This document shows positions 61,685 to 64,000 of a DNA stretch of 64,000 bases, piece after piece. Source of the stretch: Candidatus Roizmanbacteria bacterium (GTDB taxonomy: Bacteria > Patescibacteriota > Microgenomatia > UBA1406); NCBI GenBank assembly GCA_024654535.1, contig JANLHL010000038.1:315824-379823 (forward strand), written 5' to 3'. Within the stretch, counting starts at the first letter, position 1. Each line of letters starts with the position of its first letter. A program made the translations under genes and the position numbers. The notes under the pieces are model-generated. The model was not told the origin of the DNA. It made no database searches and worked only from the letters and a program-made list of their open reading frames with translations.

Positions 61685-62842
61685 ATGCGAAAGCTTTTTT
61701 TACTACTTATCGGTATCGTCGTTGGTGTTGGTATCGGTTATGCATATTTTAATACTTCTTTATTCTCAAGCGTAGAACATAAGATTCACACAGTTGTACC
61801 CGTTGTTCCGGACAGAAAACAAGTTATAGGTTTTTTACCCTATTGGCTATTATCGAAAGCTGACAAAGAGTATTCCAACTATATCAACACTCTTGCATAT
61901 TTTGCTCTTACTATAAATCCAGACGGATCTATTCAGAAGTATACCAGTCCGCAAGAGTCTGAGCCCGGTTACTATGCACTACAGTCGGGTAAGGCGAGCC
62001 CTTTTTTTAAGGATGCACAGCGTAACAATATGAAGTTATCACTCGTCGTATTTGCGGGAAACGAAGAACACATCGGACAATTGGTGAGCAAACCCACGAC
62101 ACATGCGAGAAAATTGGTAGCAGAAGTCGTGCCCATAATGAAGAAGCATGGTTTCACCGATCTTAACATAGATGTGGAAAGTGTACGTGAGGCATCACAA
62201 TCTGCACAAAGTAACTTTACGCGTTTTGTAAGTGAAGTGAAAAAAGGTATAAAAAAAAGTGGCAATACAGTGTCTATAGATGCAAGCCCAACTGTTTTTA
62301 TAAAACCATACCTTGTCGATCCAAAAGCTGTTGGTGCAATCGTCGACTATTTTATTATCATGGGCTACGATTTTCATTTCGCAGGTTCGTATGTTACTGG
62401 TCCGGTTGCGCCACTCTTGGGTGCTGGCACTATTTCTGAGTTCGATATTGAGACGTCGGTATCTCTGGGAAAACAAATAATTCCGAAAGAAAAATTGATT
62501 CTTGCCCTCCCACTATATGGATACGAATGGGAAACGATAGATACGTTTAATAGAGCAGCTGTTATGCCGGGGAGTGGTATCGCGGCAAGTAATCGCAGAG
62601 TAGAGGAATTGTTGAAGACATGTGAGAACTGTGTAGTGAAACGAGAGGAAGAAGCACAAGAACCTTACGTAGTCTATCCAGATGAAGAAACAGGTACGTT
62701 TCATCAGATCTTCTACCCAGATAAGCAGTCAATGCTCAATAAAGTACAATTTACAGAAAAAAATGAGTTGGGCGGTATAGCATTATGGGCGCTTGGTTAT
62801 GAGGGTGATACGATTCTTGAACCCTTAAGAGGGTACCGGTAA
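61685..62842 (+). CDS. Glycoside hydrolase family 18 (chitinase/YaaH-like), membrane-anchored
   Basis: N-terminal TM, catalytic-type motif FTDLNIDVE (DxxDxDxE pattern) and IALWALGYE. Confidence 0.8.
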   Translation: MRKLFLLLIGIVVGVGIGYAYFNTSLFSSVEHKIHTVVPVVPDRKQVIGFLPYWLLSKADKEYSNYINTLAYFALTINPDGSIQKYTSPQESEPGYYALQSGKASPFFKDAQRNNMKLSLVVFAGNEEHIGQLVSKPTTHARKLVAEVVPIMKKHGFTDLNIDVESVREASQSAQSNFTRFVSEVKKGIKKSGNTVSIDASPTVFIKPYLVDPKAVGAIVDYFIIMGYDFHFAGSYVTGPVAPLLGAGTISEFDIETSVSLGKQIIPKEKLILALPLYGYEWETIDTFNRAAVMPGSGIAASNRRVEELLKTCENCVVKREEEAQEPYVVYPDEETGTFHQIFYPDKQSMLNKVQFTEKNELGGIALWALGYEGDTILEPLRGYR

Positions 62843-62853
62843 CTACTATATAA

Positions 62854-63513
62854 TTATTCGATCGTTGCGTTTCGTGCGTCGCTATCAAAAATCATTGTAT
62901 CCCCTTTGGAAAGCGTGTTCACTTGGCTCTCGAAACTATTGTTGTTGTAGGCTATTTTTACAGATCCACCATGAACGACAACACGGATGAGTGGATCACT
63001 ATCTTCTAGAGAAATAGTGACACTACCCGATACTAGACGAACTAATAAATTTCGTACTCGAACTGAAAGCGGAAATGTATCTGTATTTTGAGAATACGTG
63101 ACAGTTCCTTTATTTTGAGTTATAACAATACTTATCGGGAGCGTTTGGGTAAATGAAACATCAGTATCGTTATCAAGTAGAATTGTTGTATCAATTCCAT
63201 ACGTTATACGTACTGAGCCTTTTTCTGCTGATAGAACACGCTCACCTTGCATAACTGACTGTGCATTTTTAAGTTTTGCTGGTTCTGTTGCATCTCGTGT
63301 TTCAATTTGAATTTCTCCTATAAGACTGCTCATTGTACCCATTAGTGCCTCGCTCGGAGGGTTCTTGATTGAATACGATATGATTTCTGTCGGAATGCTT
63401 CTTGGCAATGTGGAGGGGGTTTTTATTGTTGATTGCACATATTGAATAGAGAACCAATATCCACTTATCCCAATCACAAGGGCGAGGAAGAATAGTAATA
63501 CATTTTTCATCAT
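62854..63513 (-). CDS. Hypothetical membrane-anchored extracytoplasmic beta-rich protein
   Basis: N-terminal TM, then a beta-strand-like repeat pattern. No family recognised. Confidence 0.5.
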   Translation of the reverse strand: MMKNVLLFFLALVIGISGYWFSIQYVQSTIKTPSTLPRSIPTEIISYSIKNPPSEALMGTMSSLIGEIQIETRDATEPAKLKNAQSVMQGERVLSAEKGSVRITYGIDTTILLDNDTDVSFTQTLPISIVITQNKGTVTYSQNTDTFPLSVRVRNLLVRLVSGSVTISLEDSDPLIRVVVHGGSVKIAYNNNSFESQVNTLSKGDTMIFDSDARNATIE

Positions 63514-63525
63514 GTTACAATTATA
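63513..63525. promoter_or_regulatory. Interlocked bidirectional -10 core (TGTTACAAT on plus, TATAAT on minus)
   Basis: Plus strand: TGTTACAAT (63513-63521), 9 nt before the ATG at 63531. Minus strand: TATAAT (63525-63520), 6 nt before the ATG at 63513. The intergenic gap is 17 nt. Confidence 0.55.
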
Positions 63526-63530
63526 CCCTT

Positions 63531-63854
63531 ATGATAACGTTTGATGACTTTAAAAAATTAGATATCAGAATTGGCACTATTAAAAGTGCAGAGAAGGTTG
63601 AAAATGCAGATAAGCTGTTGAAACTGATATTCGATCTTGGTACCGAAGAGAGGCAAGTGATTTCGGGTATTGCAGAATTTTTTGCCGATCCTAAAACGCT
63701 CGTCGGTAAGCAGGTTGCAGTACTGGTAAATATAGAACCGCGAACTATTAGAGGAGAGGAAAGTTTTGGCATGATTTTGGCTATGGGAGAAAGCGATACC
63801 TTTTCACTTCTTGTTCCAGAAAAGCCCGTTGTTCCAGGTAGTGCTGTGAGATAA
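63531..63854 (+). CDS. tRNA-binding domain protein (CsaA/Trbp111/EMAP-like OB fold)
   Basis: FKKLDIRIGTIKSAEKVENADKLLKLIFDLG..ERQVISGI...LVGKQVAVLVNIEPRTIRGEESFGMILA. Confidence 0.85.
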   Translation: MITFDDFKKLDIRIGTIKSAEKVENADKLLKLIFDLGTEERQVISGIAEFFADPKTLVGKQVAVLVNIEPRTIRGEESFGMILAMGESDTFSLLVPEKPVVPGSAVR

Positions 63855-63858
63855 CAAC

Positions 63859-64000
63859 TTATTCACTTACCCGAAACTGAATGGCTTCGTGCATATGGTT
63901 CTGTTGTATGACTTCTGAATTATCTAAATCTGCTATCGTTTGTGCCACTTTTATGAGTTTAAAGTAGGCGCGAGCCGAGAGTTTGAATACGTCAACAGCC
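63859..64000 (-). CDS. comM: 3' end of a Mg-chelatase-like ATPase gene (ComM/YifB family); truncated by the window edge
   Basis: Hand translation of the minus strand: [46 protein letters not shown]-stop. This matches the ComM/YifB C-terminal pattern (SxRAxxxxLxVAxTIADL...EAIxxR). Confidence 0.6.
   Translation of the reverse strand, partial: AVDVFKLSARAYFKLIKVAQTIADLDNSEVIQQNHMHEAIQFRVSE

Noticed and set aside
1-64000. Alternative genetic code (UGA recoding, as in some CPR lineages).
   Set aside because: TGA ends uvrA, rpmA, yqeY, the SBP gene and others exactly where the conserved proteins should end. No conserved gene needs read-through of TGA. The standard bacterial code fits.

Overview
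AT-rich, very gene-dense bacterial chromosome segment. It uses the standard genetic code: TGA terminates uvrA, rpmA and others at the expected protein ends. I call about 78 protein genes and 5 tRNAs. I found no rRNA, CRISPR array, transposase, integrase or prophage. Gene content suggests a small-genome CPR/Patescibacteria-type bacterium (inference only): many domain-reduced proteins, an archaeal-type nucleoside/AMP phosphorylase homologue and PilN/PilO-like genes. Layout: (1) 0.2-1.9 kb, a three-gene cassette (unknown, GGCT-like, small GIY-YIG) next to tRNA-Asp, bracketed by a GC-rich structured element present twice in inverted orientation. (2) 2.1-4.8 kb, cupin-like protein, peptidoglycan hydrolase, lemA-htpX, tRNA-Thr. 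(3) 5-11 kb, a glycosylation island with an O-antigen-ligase-like protein and five glycosyltransferases. (4) 11.8-25.6 kb, one minus-strand run: yvcK-dgkA-mraY-ftsW-murG-ftsQ-ftsA-ftsZ-ileS-rodA-epimerase-dus-VKOR. (5) rplU-rpmA plus a ParB-like HTH protein, then lepB and topA. (6) 29.6-33.0 kb, a PilN/PilO-like operon encoding two Thr/Pro-rich surface proteins that share a C-terminal IP[ST]TGF-plus-TM signal. (7) rpsT, murJ, phosphorylase, mltG. (8) The hrcA-grpE-dnaK-dnaJ operon, with a CIRCE operator on its promoter. (9) A contiguous uvrB-uvrA-(transglutaminase-like)-uvrC cluster. (10) A DUF360-secG-SBP-rsmI operon, yqeY, tRNA-Leu and tRNA-Val. (11) 53.9-63.9 kb, mixed accessory genes: MoaA-like radical SAM, Nudix, small membrane proteins and a lipoprotein, hydrolase, LysE, kinase, PEP-swivel protein, GH18, tRNA-binding protein, and the 3' end of comM/yifB. 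The strongest window-wide signal is regulatory. Almost every operon-leading gene has an extended -10 box (TGnTAYAAT) ending 5-9 nt before its ATG, which implies leaderless mRNAs. I used this to re-call many ORF-track starts. CDS ends follow the ORF track. Coordinates I derived by hand (tRNAs, promoters, repeats) may be off by 1-2 nt. All family calls come from motif recognition by eye; no searches were run.
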